Below, piece after piece: positions 1 through 9,729 of a stretch of DNA of 64,000 nucleotides (positions within the stretch are counted from its first letter, which is position 1; each line of letters opens with the position of its first letter). Location of the stretch: IMG/VR virus record IMGVR_UViG_3300046507_000426, one strand, 5' to 3'. The notes beneath the pieces were generated by a model. That model saw only the letters and a list, made by a program, of their open reading frames with translations. It had not been told where the DNA came from and did not search any database. A program made the translations under genes and the position numbers. This DNA comes from a virus. Its lineage: Duplodnaviria > Heunggongvirae > Uroviricota > Caudoviricetes.

Positions 1-1
1 T

Positions 2-1636
2 AGATCCCTGCATGAAAAACTTTCAGATCACATCAGTGTTGGAGATTTTGGAGCGAAGGGGAATGGCACCGCTGATGATACAAATGCTTTCAAAGCAGCA
101 GTTGCTTATGTACAAAACATAGTCACTACACAAAACTCTGGATATCCTACTCCTTCAATCATGATCCCGTCGGGTATTTACAAGCTCACGGACACGATCA
201 ACATCTTTCCTTGGACACGTTTCATGTCAGAAGGAAGCGTGACCTTGGACTTCTCAGGTCTTGTTGATACTTCAAAGAACGGTATCGTTTGCAGAAATGA
301 ACAGACTACGATTCCTCTTGGTAACATGAAGTTTGGTACGAAGAGTTCGTTCCTGAATGGAACACGTGGAACTATCTGTATTCAAGGTCCGGGCAAAGCT
401 ACATCGACGGGTTGGGGCATCGTAGTAGGCAACACTACAACCTCGTCTAGTCCTATCCGTGACACTGGCGGAGAAGGCGTTATCGTTACTGGCTGGAGAG
501 GTGCGTTAAAGTATGATCCGATCAATACCTACCTGATCACATGGAAGGATTGCCGCTTCGAACAGAATCAAAATGAAAGCGTTTACGTAAGCTTGGCTTC
601 CGGCTCGGTTATGAACAGTGGTGAGCGTATGACGTTCATCAACTGTACATTCGCAGCGGCTTCTAATGCTCTGTACCACAACTGCGACGGCTTTAACTAC
701 GAATTCATCGGGTGCTCGTTTGACTATCACACAGTCCCGTTCCTGTTCGGTCCTCAAGGTCGCTACACAAGCCTTAAAGTTACTAACGCTCACATCGAAG
801 CCTTTGACGGTGCAGTTGTCGACGCTTCCGGTTCAGGCCAATATGTGGAAGTAATCTTTAGCGCTGTGGAAATCTTGCCTACGGCATACGTTAACACGTC
901 AACCGTAGTATGCTCACCAAGCCGTACGTTGTTCAAAGGTAATTCTGCCAATACAATGCGTCTCGCTATTAATGGCATGAATCTTCTTTACACGATTCGT
1001 CCTTACTTGGCTGATACGCCTATCATTGATGACAACGTTCAACTCGTAGGGCTTAATGGCGTTATGTTCCGTTCATGGTACGGGGTTCTTTCACGCTCGA
1101 AGTCACTTGGTCGAGACTACGGCTTCACAGCGAATACCTTAGGTACAAGCGCTGACGCACTTACATATTGGGTTAGAGATACTGGGACTGGCGTTATCGT
1201 AAGCGTTGATGTGCGTGACATTCAGACCTCTACACTAGGTCAATCATTACACTTACATGGCACAGATGCAAGCCTGTCAACCATTACGTTCCACACGGTT
1301 GATACGTTTGTGTGTACTCCGGGACAGATCTTCTATCCTAACTGCGACGTGTACGCTGATGGAACTACAGGTAACCTTGGCGTTCGTGTGTTTGTACGTT
1401 TCTATGACTACTCAGGCGCTCTCGTTACACCTACGTCAGACTTTGGAACTACATATCTACTTTCTGACTTATACGCTGACGCATCGGTTCCTACCTTCTC
1501 TTCAGGCAGAACAAGAGCTGTGGCTATCAATGGCGGTATTGTGATTGCCCCGCCTTTCGCAGCTACATGCAGAGTCTACTTGACGGTTTCTCAATTCTTG
1601 GGCGACGTTTATATCAAGAACGTACGAGCTACCTAA
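2..1636 (+). CDS. Tail fibre / tailspike protein with pectate-lyase-like right-handed beta-helix domain (5' partial, continues upstream of window)
   Basis: Frame of the 161 ORF stays open back to position 2; N-terminal part reads ...GDFGAKGNGTADDTNAFKAAVAYV..., the classic pectate_lyase_3/tailspike motif; Gly/Thr/Asn-rich beta-helix-like body; only plus-strand gene in the left arm. Confidence 0.7.
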   Translation, partial: RSLHEKLSDHISVGDFGAKGNGTADDTNAFKAAVAYVQNIVTTQNSGYPTPSIMIPSGIYKLTDTINIFPWTRFMSEGSVTLDFSGLVDTSKNGIVCRNEQTTIPLGNMKFGTKSSFLNGTRGTICIQGPGKATSTGWGIVVGNTTTSSSPIRDTGGEGVIVTGWRGALKYDPINTYLITWKDCRFEQNQNESVYVSLASGSVMNSGERMTFINCTFAAASNALYHNCDGFNYEFIGCSFDYHTVPFLFGPQGRYTSLKVTNAHIEAFDGAVVDASGSGQYVEVIFSAVEILPTAYVNTSTVVCSPSRTLFKGNSANTMRLAINGMNLLYTIRPYLADTPIIDDNVQLVGLNGVMFRSWYGVLSRSKSLGRDYGFTANTLGTSADALTYWVRDTGTGVIVSVDVRDIQTSTLGQSLHLHGTDASLSTITFHTVDTFVCTPGQIFYPNCDVYADGTTGNLGVRVFVRFYDYSGALVTPTSDFGTTYLLSDLYADASVPTFSSGRTRAVAINGGIVIAPPFAATCRVYLTVSQFLGDVYIKNVRAT

Positions 1637-1649
1637 CTTCAACAAGCTA

Positions 1650-1680
1650 AAAAAAGCCAGGCGATAAACCTGGCTTTTTC
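1650..1680. terminator. Bidirectional rho-independent terminator between convergent genes
   Basis: aaaaaaGCCAGGcgataaaCCTGGCttttt; A-tract, GC hairpin, T-tract, between plus-strand tail fibre and minus-strand gene. Confidence 0.65.
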
Positions 1681-1684
1681 ATTA

Positions 1685-2239
1685 CTACCCTTTGTCTCTG
1701 ATACGATCAATCTTCGGCTTTAACTCGGAGCCAAGCCTCACAATTTCAGCAATGTCTGAAGCTATACTGAAGAAGGGATTTGCTTGCTTTTGTAATTCAA
1801 CAAGCTGCGCCTGAGCAGTGCTTTGGACGTCGACCTCGACCGGCTTTGTAACCTGCTGCACCGATGTAGAGTTTTGGACAACTCTAGGTTGAGGCTGTAC
1901 CGTCTGTCTAGATGGCTCAATTCGGTAGGATACAGGCGGCACTGCTTTAGGAGACTCAGCTTTAACCGGTGCTTTATCCTCATTCTCTCCTTGTTCAAGG
2001 TCATCCAGAATCTGTCTTGCCTTGTTGGCAGTTGTCGTTTCAAAAGTAAGCTCCCCATCAAACTCAGGATTGCTGAGAGTAACCTTCACCCTATCTTCGT
2101 AATACTGAAACAGAACATCAAACTCGATTTTCAGAGTTGTAGTCTCTGCGTCCTCATCCAGCACTTCATCTTTCTTCCTGTACTTATCAGGATCATCAAC
2201 ATTATCATGCCAATGACGATTGTTGTACAACATCTTCAA
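1685..2239 (-). CDS. Hypothetical protein (184 aa), acidic
   Basis: Long minus-strand ORF with no overlaps, stop TAG; no recognisable motif. Confidence 0.45.
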   Translation of the reverse strand: MKMLYNNRHWHDNVDDPDKYRKKDEVLDEDAETTTLKIEFDVLFQYYEDRVKVTLSNPEFDGELTFETTTANKARQILDDLEQGENEDKAPVKAESPKAVPPVSYRIEPSRQTVQPQPRVVQNSTSVQQVTKPVEVDVQSTAQAQLVELQKQANPFFSIASDIAEIVRLGSELKPKIDRIRDKG

Positions 2240-2287
2240 AACTCCAAAAAGCCCGACTAAGCGGGCTCATTACTAATTACTCAAGAA

Positions 2288-3031
2288 TTACACAACATCG
2301 TCGAAATCTCGGATTTCCCAGGCAGTTCGATATACTTCAGCGTAACGTGCTTCCAGGCCAGCTGTGAGTTCTTGCCTAAAAGTTTCAGACTTCGGATTAA
2401 GCGTGGCTGCATATTGAGCCAGCCACACGTTATCTTCGACACCCTCCCAGGTCTTGATATAGAACTCAGGCGTGCTAACATCCTGTGCTCCATAGATACC
2501 TTTCTTATACCCGTTTTTCCACCGAAGTTGATTCAGGCAAACTTTGCCGATGAACAGGGTATAAAACTGGGGAATGGTCAAACCAAGTTTCCAGATGTTT
2601 GCAATGAAGATATCAAGCACATCCGCAAAGTAAACAGGGTCACGTCCTTCCAGATCATACTTAAGAACAGCTTGAGTGAATGCTTTCAAGCCACGCTTGA
2701 CCCGATCCACATTCATCGCTCCTTCTACAAAGTCATACTCCTTTTCATCCTGGATTGCATAGTTAATCTGCTTGATGAAGTCTTCTTCGTAGCCATTAGC
2801 CATGATTTCACTAAACATGAAGTGGCCTACATCAACCCATTCAAGCTTGACCTGATCCCAGTCAATCACACGATCAGTAGCACGCCACCATTCCCAGTTC
2901 AAATGGTTGAAAGCCTCAGTAGCTTCGGTGAACATTGCATCACAATAGTTCCAGCCTTTCTCTTTCCATTCAGGACTGAGTTTGAGGTTGAGTTCGTTTT
3001 GTACTTCGAGGAATTTAGCTGCGATAGTCAT
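2288..3031 (-). CDS. Putative all-alpha NTP pyrophosphohydrolase (dimeric dUTPase/dCTPase-like, dUTPase_2 family)
   Basis: 247 aa; motif EATEAFNHLNWEWWR resembles the WKWW-type motif I recall for the T4 gp56 dCTPase / dimeric dUTPase family; assignment from memory, unverified. Confidence 0.35.
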   Translation of the reverse strand: MTIAAKFLEVQNELNLKLSPEWKEKGWNYCDAMFTEATEAFNHLNWEWWRATDRVIDWDQVKLEWVDVGHFMFSEIMANGYEEDFIKQINYAIQDEKEYDFVEGAMNVDRVKRGLKAFTQAVLKYDLEGRDPVYFADVLDIFIANIWKLGLTIPQFYTLFIGKVCLNQLRWKNGYKKGIYGAQDVSTPEFYIKTWEGVEDNVWLAQYAATLNPKSETFRQELTAGLEARYAEVYRTAWEIRDFDDVV

Positions 3032-3034
3032 TGT

Positions 3035-3667
3035 TTATTTACCGTCTTCAGAAATGTATTGAATTGATTCTTGGGGCATGCCTTCATCCCACACTACTTT
3101 TTTTACGTTGGTAAGAGTTGTTTCTGACAAGCTCTGGTTTTGCGGCAATCCGGCAGTAGGATAAGTTACGCAAGTTTTACCAACACAGGTTGTAGTAAAG
3201 CTAAGGTCAGGCTGTTTTATACCACCGATCAGAGGTCCAGTCGTATCGTAGACTACGCCTGGCTGATACGGAGGATAAAACGGTTGCGGATAAACCGGAT
3301 ACTGCGGTTGTACAGAGATTTTGCCGATTTCCGTCTGGATTTGACTTAGCTCTGAATCGATGTTACTGAGGAGCTGAAGCACGAAATTCTTTGTAGTAGC
3401 GTCGGTTACGATGCTGAGCAACGTTTTATACTCTGCAATCTTTTTCTTTAGCTCAGTAAGGCGTTGTTGAGCAGTAAGAGAAGGCGCAGAAGGAAACAAC
3501 GTAGAAGCTACGTTTACGTTTTGAAGAACATCGTTTATAGCGTTGGCGTTAGCTCCGATGCTCATTTTCGTTTTGTCTGCTTGACTCGTTATTACTCCGG
3601 GGAATTTCCCTTTCACAGTGCCGTCTTCTCCGATGCTTAGTCTTCGTTCATTCATTGTATTATCCAT
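3035..3667 (-). CDS. Hypothetical protein with coiled-coil segment and Pro/Tyr/Gln-rich stretch
   Basis: 210 aa ORF; PQYPVYPQPFYPPYQPGVVY low-complexity region. Confidence 0.45.
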   Translation of the reverse strand: MDNTMNERRLSIGEDGTVKGKFPGVITSQADKTKMSIGANANAINDVLQNVNVASTLFPSAPSLTAQQRLTELKKKIAEYKTLLSIVTDATTKNFVLQLLSNIDSELSQIQTEIGKISVQPQYPVYPQPFYPPYQPGVVYDTTGPLIGGIKQPDLSFTTTCVGKTCVTYPTAGLPQNQSLSETTLTNVKKVVWDEGMPQESIQYISEDGK

Positions 3668-3950
3668 ATTTCTTTTTCAGTTCTTCGTATTTCAAACGCT
3701 CTTGGTTTTCTCGAAACGCAGTTTGAGCCTGTTCGGAAGAAAGTCGAAACTGATATTCTTGATCCGTTTCTTCTCGTGTTTGATACAACCTGACATCGGC
3801 ATAATAATCCCCGATGCTGATATCTATTACCAGATTAGATCCGTATTTGGATCCAAGCTCTGAAAGATTTTTAATAACATCTTCCAGCTTGCCTTCCAAA
3901 TCATAGATACTAAGTTCTTCAAGTTTCGCTTGTACAATTTTCTTAGTCAT
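3660..3950 (-). CDS. Hypothetical protein (96 aa)
   Basis: ORF; 8-nt overlap with the downstream gene 3035..3667 and 4-nt start/stop overlap with the upstream gene 3947..4555, typical operon packing. Confidence 0.45.
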   Translation of the reverse strand: MTKKIVQAKLEELSIYDLEGKLEDVIKNLSELGSKYGSNLVIDISIGDYYADVRLYQTREETDQEYQFRLSSEQAQTAFRENQERLKYEELKKKYG

Positions 3951-4555
3951 CGCGTCACACTCTCACATTCACCGAGCAAACCTGCATAAGCTGCGAGGTC
4001 CACAAAGTCATCACGGTTATACTTACCATTTCGACTACGCACAATCTTCAATACAATCAAGAACATCCACGCATCAGCTTCGCTAAGATCATGCCCAGTA
4101 ATAGCATTGAACACCTTGGCAATCTGTGCTGCAGTCCGCTCACCGTCCTCCGCATCACGCAAAGCTGCACGTTGCTTCATAGCAGTAGATGCTTCTTCGA
4201 GGAAACCATGTGCTGATTCACGCTTAGGCTTGGGCTCACGATTCAATTCCCTTAAAAACGCCTGAGTTGCAATGTCAGGAACTTCAGAAGCAGGATATCC
4301 AAGCGGAGCATTGACGCCAGGAATAGGCGAAGGTATACCCTCGAACTTGAAAGAATCACTGCGAGGCTCACAGTCATTCACATTAATTTGATCATTACGA
4401 ATATTCAACTTCGTTTCCATTCTAGTCACTGCCTCTTCAATCTGTTTTTGTTGTTCTGGAGTAAGTACTGCTTCTGCATGGTCGATCTTATTCATACCCG
4501 GCAATCCGTTAGGGAACAGAAGCTTTGCCAATTGTTCTGCTGATAAGCTACTCAT
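3947..4555 (-). CDS. Hypothetical protein (202 aa)
   Basis: ORF with 4-nt start/stop overlap to downstream gene. Confidence 0.45.
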   Translation of the reverse strand: MSSLSAEQLAKLLFPNGLPGMNKIDHAEAVLTPEQQKQIEEAVTRMETKLNIRNDQINVNDCEPRSDSFKFEGIPSPIPGVNAPLGYPASEVPDIATQAFLRELNREPKPKRESAHGFLEEASTAMKQRAALRDAEDGERTAAQIAKVFNAITGHDLSEADAWMFLIVLKIVRSRNGKYNRDDFVDLAAYAGLLGECESVTR

Positions 4556-4620
4556 TTAAGTCCGCTACTAAAAAGATAAAAAGAGATTGTACTACATAGT
4601 CAATCTCTTGCAAACAACGA

Positions 4621-5484
4621 TCACTCGCCTTCGAGAATCGCTTTGATACCACTTATCGTTGTACGACAACCGGCTGAGTTAGGATGGCCACCACCACCGT
4701 ACTTCTTGGCAATTGCACTGACATCAACGCCTGAGCCCTGTTTTGAGCGTAGTGACAGAATCACTGTGTTGTCATTGAGTACAAACCAACATACACCGAC
4801 GTCAACGTTCAGCGTTTCATCAGAGTACATCGCATGGCCCATCTCTGACACAAGCTGACCCGTGTTCAGAAAACCACACTTGTAACCTTCCCAGTTTACA
4901 ACCTTGACATTACGTGGCACTTGAGCTTCGACCGCTGCCTGATCACGTTCAAGAAGGATTTCACCAGTATCCACAAGGTCTTGTAGAACATTCTCATTAG
5001 ACGCGTATTTGTTCCAAAGAGGCATGTTGCCTTTTAATGTTCCAAGGCCAGCATGAATAAGTTTGCTGTCATTCCCGAACTTGAACTTCCAAAGATCTCG
5101 ATCTTGAACATATTGCAATAGCATCGGAACCGAATCATCGGGATGAAAGTAGTTCCATGCAATTACAGCCCCGCTCCGTTCCATGTCAAACACGACTTCG
5201 ACCTTGGGATGATTACAGCCCTCCAGAGCCTCTCGTGCGGTCTGATGATGGTCGAGTACCACAACCTTGCCACAAGCCTCTCCAAGGGCCTCTAATTCAG
5301 TCCTAGAGGTACTGTAGTCCAGAAAGAATACTTCAGTTTCTGATCCACGTTCAAAATCAGGCAAAGGCTTACCGTACTGACAGGCTAAATAAATAGCCTT
5401 ATCCCCGAACTTTTTCCATGCTGCATATTTGCTGCCGGTACCATCCATGCAGTCTTTGTGATAGAGAATTACTGTGTTTGTCAT
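4621..5484 (-). CDS. DHH/DHHA1 family phosphoesterase (NrnA-like nanoRNase / pAp phosphatase-like)
   Basis: 287 aa; N-terminal DHH-like region (LYHKDCMDG...), C-terminal DHHA1 GGGH motif (KKYGGGGHPNSAG). Confidence 0.6.
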   Translation of the reverse strand: MTNTVILYHKDCMDGTGSKYAAWKKFGDKAIYLACQYGKPLPDFERGSETEVFFLDYSTSRTELEALGEACGKVVVLDHHQTAREALEGCNHPKVEVVFDMERSGAVIAWNYFHPDDSVPMLLQYVQDRDLWKFKFGNDSKLIHAGLGTLKGNMPLWNKYASNENVLQDLVDTGEILLERDQAAVEAQVPRNVKVVNWEGYKCGFLNTGQLVSEMGHAMYSDETLNVDVGVCWFVLNDNTVILSLRSKQGSGVDVSAIAKKYGGGGHPNSAGCRTTISGIKAILEGE

Positions 5485-6263
5485 ATCGAAACATGGTCCG
5501 AGTCTGAGGCGATAACTTCGCCGTTATAGGAAACTTCAATTTCTACTTCAACTTCGCCGTCACTGTGATCGATAGAAATGCGAATGTCGAGATTTCGCAA
5601 GGCTTCAGCCAGGATGTTTTTAACCATGTCAGCAGTTACCGGAGGGTTATGCTGATCCATTTGAATCGTTGTTTGATTCGGGCTTACTTGCCAGGTACCT
5701 CCAAGCCCCGGCGTCATCGTGACGTAAGGTGTATTGTTTATTGACATATGATCCGTTACCCATTGAGTAGCCGAAGTCTGGTTTAGGACATACTCATTTT
5801 GAAGTCGCTCTGCCTCTTGTCTTAGGGCTGGAACATCTCCCGGATCCCAGTTGAACTGGTAAGTACCGGTGTTAGCCATTCCTGAGTTAAATGTAATTGG
5901 AGGATCTTCTCTGCCTTGAGCCCTTCGTCTTTGTGCTTCCTGCTCTCTTAGGCGATCTGCCTGTCTTTGGTTCCACTGTGCCATATCTCTTTCTAACTCT
6001 CTTATGTATTCTCTAGCTATTCCTGAGATAGCCCCTTGATTCAAGTAGAACGTATCAAGAGACACCTGAACTACTCTATGGGACCTTTCCCCATAAGGAG
6101 GCTGAACTACGATTTCTATCTCTTCCGCAAACACTGAGGCATGAGAAGGCCTGCGGATTACCGAGCTGAGAGTCCAGCCGTATTGAACACACAGTTCATA
6201 AGATCTAGCCTGTACCTCTGCTAGTAGTTGATCAATTGCAATATTTGGGTTTGATATAGCCAT
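5481..6263 (-). CDS. Hypothetical protein (start moved to internal ATG)
   Basis: Track ORF begins at a TTG at 6326; first ATG (MAISNPN...) is at 6263, which puts the TTGGTATAAG promoter (6289-6298) upstream instead of inside the ORF. Confidence 0.45.
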   Translation of the reverse strand: MAISNPNIAIDQLLAEVQARSYELCVQYGWTLSSVIRRPSHASVFAEEIEIVVQPPYGERSHRVVQVSLDTFYLNQGAISGIAREYIRELERDMAQWNQRQADRLREQEAQRRRAQGREDPPITFNSGMANTGTYQFNWDPGDVPALRQEAERLQNEYVLNQTSATQWVTDHMSINNTPYVTMTPGLGGTWQVSPNQTTIQMDQHNPPVTADMVKNILAEALRNLDIRISIDHSDGEVEVEIEVSYNGEVIASDSDHVSI

Positions 6264-6288
6264 AAACGGCCTCTGTCTGTACGTCAGC

Positions 6289-6298
6289 CTTATACCAA
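6289..6298 (-). promoter_or_regulatory. Extended -10 promoter motif TTGGTATAAG (minus strand)
   Basis: One of 17 or more intergenic copies of plus-strand CTTATACCA(A), each upstream of a minus-strand gene. Confidence 0.5.
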
Positions 6299-6307
6299 CA
6301 ATGCCAG

Positions 6308-6626
6308 AAAAACTGGACAAACACAAAAACCCGCAAAGCCTTACCCAGCTTGGCTTTCAGAGCTTCGTGTCCAATTTGTCCAAAAAATAAAATGAAACTG
6401 GACAACCGCAAACCTATGTCCAGCTTGGGTTTCAGAGGATTTGTCCAATTGTCCAGAAAAAATTTTCAACCATACCTCACTTTCTAATTGAGTCACACAT
6501 CTTTTTACAAAACCCACAATACCTCTCTTATATATAAATATATTTTTTAAAAAGTTCAAATATTATATATATATAAGACCCCCGGATTCCTAGACACTGA
6601 GGGTAAACCCTATGTTTTTATTTTCT
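6308..6626. repeat. Copy A of 316+ bp near-identical direct repeat (copy B at 63685-64000) containing TGGACAA/TTGTCCA iterons and an AT-rich core
   Basis: Direct alignment of 6308-6626 with 63685-64000 gives about 96% identity; contains ttgtccaatttgtcc, tttgtccaattgtccag, and tatatataaatatattttttaaaaagttcaaatattatatatatataag. Confidence 0.85.
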
Positions 6627-6664
6627 AGTAAATTTATTGTGAAAAAGGAAGTGAGGTATGGTTG
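6467..6664. repeat. 14-bp perfect inverted repeat (CAACCATACCTCAC ... GTGAGGTATGGTTG) flanking a ~170 bp AT-rich core
   Basis: 6467-6480 caaccatacctcac and 6651-6664 gtgaggtatggttg are exact reverse complements; the AT-rich tract lies between them. Confidence 0.7.
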
Positions 6665-6830
6665 AGAAAAAAAACTGGACAATTGGACAAATCGTCTAGA
6701 ACTCAAGCCCGATAAGGCTTTGCGGCTGTCCAATAGTGCAAAGTGAAATTGGACAAATTGGACACGTAGCCAGCAAACCCAATACCAGTAAGGCTTTCAG
6801 AGATTTGGGATTTGTCCAGTTTTTTCAAAG
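6660..6830. repeat. Continuation of iteron array (paired TGGACAA repeats) downstream of repeat copy A
   Basis: actggacaattggacaaatcg, ggctgtccaatag, aaattggacaaattggacacg, atttgtccag; 12 or more copies of the 7-mer in about 550 bp. Confidence 0.6.
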
Positions 6831-6831
6831 C

Positions 6832-6863
6832 TAAAAAAAGCCGAGTCGAAACCCGGCCTTTTG
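6832..6863 (-). terminator. Rho-independent terminator (bidirectional-type)
   Basis: aaaaaaaGCCGAGtcgaaacCCGGCcttttg; a near-identical element recurs at 18571-18602. Confidence 0.5.
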
Positions 6864-6864
6864 A

Positions 6865-7104
6865 CTAGCGAACCATGACCTTCATGAGCAACGCTTCCAT
6901 TTCCTTCCTGGAAGAGTCTTGAAGTTCAAGTTGCTTTGAGAAGTTCTTTTGCAAACTTTCGGATGCTGCCTCGACAGACTTCTCAAGGTCTTTCATGCCA
7001 AGCTCAAGCAGCTCTAACTGCTGAGTCACCGTAAGAGCCTTCAGATACTCTTGAAACTCTTCTCTGCTCAATTTCTTGAGCGATTCGTAATCTTCTTCTC
7101 TCAC
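6865..7104 (-). CDS. Hypothetical coiled-coil protein (79 aa)
   Basis: ORF, charged/helical composition, stop TAG. Confidence 0.4.
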   Translation of the reverse strand: MREEDYESLKKLSREEFQEYLKALTVTQQLELLELGMKDLEKSVEAASESLQKNFSKQLELQDSSRKEMEALLMKVMVR

Positions 7105-7116
7105 GTTGACTCCTTG

Positions 7117-8739
7117 TTAGATACGTCCAGCTATAAATTCAGACATGAAACGCGGCGTCTGCGTATCGAAGCCCACAACATCAAGCATGTTCGGATCCTT
7201 GGGATCTGCGATGCTGAAGTCATTGACTGCCATACCGACTACGATCAGCTTTGCATCAGGCTTGTTCATGCCTTGGCGATACTTTTGCATGGCTTGGAAC
7301 GGATGCTGTCTACCAGCATACGTCTCGTTGTCCGTATAGATACAGAACGCATCCACGTTCCAACGGTGTGCAAGCGCATGTTCAGCAGGCAAAGCACAGT
7401 TCGTAGAACCGAAGTTCCAGTCATGCGCCTTGGTGGTAGCCGATTCAAGCGTATCGTGCTTCGTGATGTTCAGCGGCTTGAACGTCTTAGCGAAGCCCAA
7501 CACTTCAGTCCAAGGTTCCGTACGAGCCGAAACCATAGCCATCAGTGCAGCACCTTCACAACACGTCAACTGCGGAACACCCGGAATAGCCGAACCCATT
7601 GAACCTGACACGTCAAGCGCCAGAACAATATTCTTACCAGACGGTTCCACCGCGTCGAACGAAAGGTAGAACGCCGCTTCAAGCGTATCCTTGACGGTAT
7701 TATCCGGGGTCCAAACCAGCGAACCCTTATCGCCCTTGCCTTGAGAGTAGATCTTCTTAGCAACGATAATCGACATCGGATGCAGACGTTCCTTACGAAG
7801 CTGTTCCACATCCAGAAGCTTGGTCGTGACCAGCTTACTCGTTTCCGAGAAAGGCTTGATCAGTCCAACAGCCGTCAGCTTGTTCAGGTTACGAACCAAT
7901 GCATTCAGGCCCATATGCGGAACGAGTGCTTCCCAAATCTTCGGGTCATTCTTTTGCTCATTAGGGATCATTTCATGCGTCAGCTTGTGATCCTGAATCA
8001 GGTTGACAAGTGCGCTGCCGCTAGCAGTCTTGGCTTCTTCAACTGCAATCAGAAGCTCAGGAACCTGGTCACCCAGAGCAAGTGCTTCCGGACCCTTCAC
8101 GATGTACTTGTAAAGGTTTTGACGAACCGTGTCTTCACCAGGCTTCACATGCGACAGACGCATAACGTCCTTGTGCGACCAACCATCACGTTGCTTGTAC
8201 TTCACAACCTGATAGGCGAGATTCGTCACAGTCTTGTCCGCATACCACTTCTGTGCAACGTTCTTAAGCGAACGACCCCAACCTCTAAGTCCATTCGCAA
8301 ATGCAACGAAGTGCAGGAAGTGCGTGCCAGTACGAGCCACGAGGTTCACTTTGTCCTTGGCATACAGTTTCGTAGCCACGTCACCGTGAGTGAAGACCAA
8401 CGCCATAGCAAGCAACGCGTAGTCATTGTTCTTGGCACGACCAGCCTGGCTGATCTCAACGATACGGTCGACCACAACCTTACCATTCGTTTGGATCAAC
8501 TTGACGATATCGTCGACCTTGGCCTTGGTGATATCTTTCTCGGACTGATAGAACGTACCACCGCTCGTACCGATGATCAGGAAACGATCGAGCTTCTGCA
8601 GAGGCGTTACCTCAAACACAAAGCCGCCAGCGTTGTTCTTTACTTGAGCGACAGAAGCATTACCAGCCGGTTTGGTCTGAACCGTAGTCTTTGCTTGAGT
8701 GCGGGTGTTGGTATTGTTAGAGAGGGAATTGAAAGACAT
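7117..8739 (-). CDS. rsr: Ro60/Rsr orthologue (TROVE domain plus C-terminal vWA/MIDAS domain)
   Basis: 540 aa; the N-terminal region matches the TROVE domain as I remember it; C-terminal NIVLALDVSGSMGS (DxSGS MIDAS motif) is vWA-like; domain order and size match Ro60/Rsr. Confidence 0.75.
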   Translation of the reverse strand: MSFNSLSNNTNTRTQAKTTVQTKPAGNASVAQVKNNAGGFVFEVTPLQKLDRFLIIGTSGGTFYQSEKDITKAKVDDIVKLIQTNGKVVVDRIVEISQAGRAKNNDYALLAMALVFTHGDVATKLYAKDKVNLVARTGTHFLHFVAFANGLRGWGRSLKNVAQKWYADKTVTNLAYQVVKYKQRDGWSHKDVMRLSHVKPGEDTVRQNLYKYIVKGPEALALGDQVPELLIAVEEAKTASGSALVNLIQDHKLTHEMIPNEQKNDPKIWEALVPHMGLNALVRNLNKLTAVGLIKPFSETSKLVTTKLLDVEQLRKERLHPMSIIVAKKIYSQGKGDKGSLVWTPDNTVKDTLEAAFYLSFDAVEPSGKNIVLALDVSGSMGSAIPGVPQLTCCEGAALMAMVSARTEPWTEVLGFAKTFKPLNITKHDTLESATTKAHDWNFGSTNCALPAEHALAHRWNVDAFCIYTDNETYAGRQHPFQAMQKYRQGMNKPDAKLIVVGMAVNDFSIADPKDPNMLDVVGFDTQTPRFMSEFIAGRI

Positions 8740-8759
8740 GTTAAGGCTCCTTGAGGAAC

Positions 8760-9165
8760 AAAGTTTAACTGACTAAAAAAAGAAGGTCTGAAAGCCGAAG
8801 CTAACAGACCTTTGGACTTACCTCATGTGGTGTTAAGAAGAACCATGCTGCAGCTCTTCCCCGGGGTACGACGGGTACCCCCAGCTCGTGCTCCTGGAGC
8901 ACATCCCAGTCAGCGAAGCTGAACCGATATCTGACAGAGTTACTCTATCATCGTTTCATTGAAACAAAATACGTAAGTCTTGGTGTTGCGGGGTTATGAC
9001 CTAACCTCATTGCCCGTTCTGGGGCAGATCTCCTCATCGCCTCCGGGTAGTGCAGCGTAGGTCGTGTAGTGCGAAGCACGTAACGAACGTAGCGGAACGG
9101 ACCGGTGGCAGATTTAACCAGGAAGTTGCTCCCTGACTACCAACATACTACTTGGTTACATACGA
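8760..9165 (-). ncRNA. Structured non-coding region immediately upstream of rsr; candidate Y-RNA-like RNA(s)
   Basis: About 400 bp without ORFs; hairpins GGGGTAC-gacgg-GTACCCC (8869-8890) and GTGCTCC-tgg-AGCAC; a GGTCCG element on the minus strand near 9085; Y RNA genes usually sit next to rsr. Confidence 0.3.
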
Positions 9166-9169
9166 AAGG

Positions 9170-9616
9170 TCATTTTTTACTGCGTCTGTATCTTTTTACA
9201 CAATCTTTACATTGACTGTCTATCCCACTATGTCGGGTTCTGTTTTTCCAAAATTCAGAAATTGGTTTAAACGTTTTACACGAGAAACATTCTTGTTTAC
9301 CATCTACTATATTTTTTCGAGTACTCTCGTAGAATTCTTTTCTAGGTTTATTACATTTGAGATGTGAAAATGCAATGTTGTCTATATCCCAGAATAATTC
9401 AGAACCTACATCTAACCAATCTTTTTTATGCTCAATGCTAAGTTCATTTTCTGTTTCAATATCTTTTGAGCATTTAAAACATATATTTTCTCGGTGTCTG
9501 ACTAATAGAGAAAACATTACTTTTTTTTTGAGCTTATTTGTGGCGGTACCAAACGGCATACCTAACTGTTGTGATTTTTTAGAATTTGAATTAGTTGACA
9601 TGCTAAATACTAGCAA
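9170..9616 (-). CDS. HNH homing endonuclease
   Basis: 148 aa; Cys-rich with SIEHKKDWLD...NIAFSHLKCNKP HNH-type motifs; embedded in the non-coding RNA region. Confidence 0.6.
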   Translation of the reverse strand: MLVFSMSTNSNSKKSQQLGMPFGTATNKLKKKVMFSLLVRHRENICFKCSKDIETENELSIEHKKDWLDVGSELFWDIDNIAFSHLKCNKPRKEFYESTRKNIVDGKQECFSCKTFKPISEFWKNRTRHSGIDSQCKDCVKRYRRSKK

Positions 9617-9729
9617 TGTATAAAACTGAAGTGAGCAAATGAAATTGATCTGGAGGAAATCTTAAAAGGATAATCCAAATCTGAACGGCTCACAAACTTG
9701 AAGCTGAACAAAGAGTGTACTGCGCGTTT

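Noticed and set aside
4643-4858. Short plus-strand ORFs scattered through the window (for example 4643..4858, 12592..12819, 45447..45638)
   Set aside because: All are embedded antisense in longer minus-strand genes with recognisable domains; the strand bias of the region argues against them
7741-8754. 337-aa plus-strand ORF
   Set aside because: Antisense to rsr; no motifs; neighbouring genes all on the minus strand
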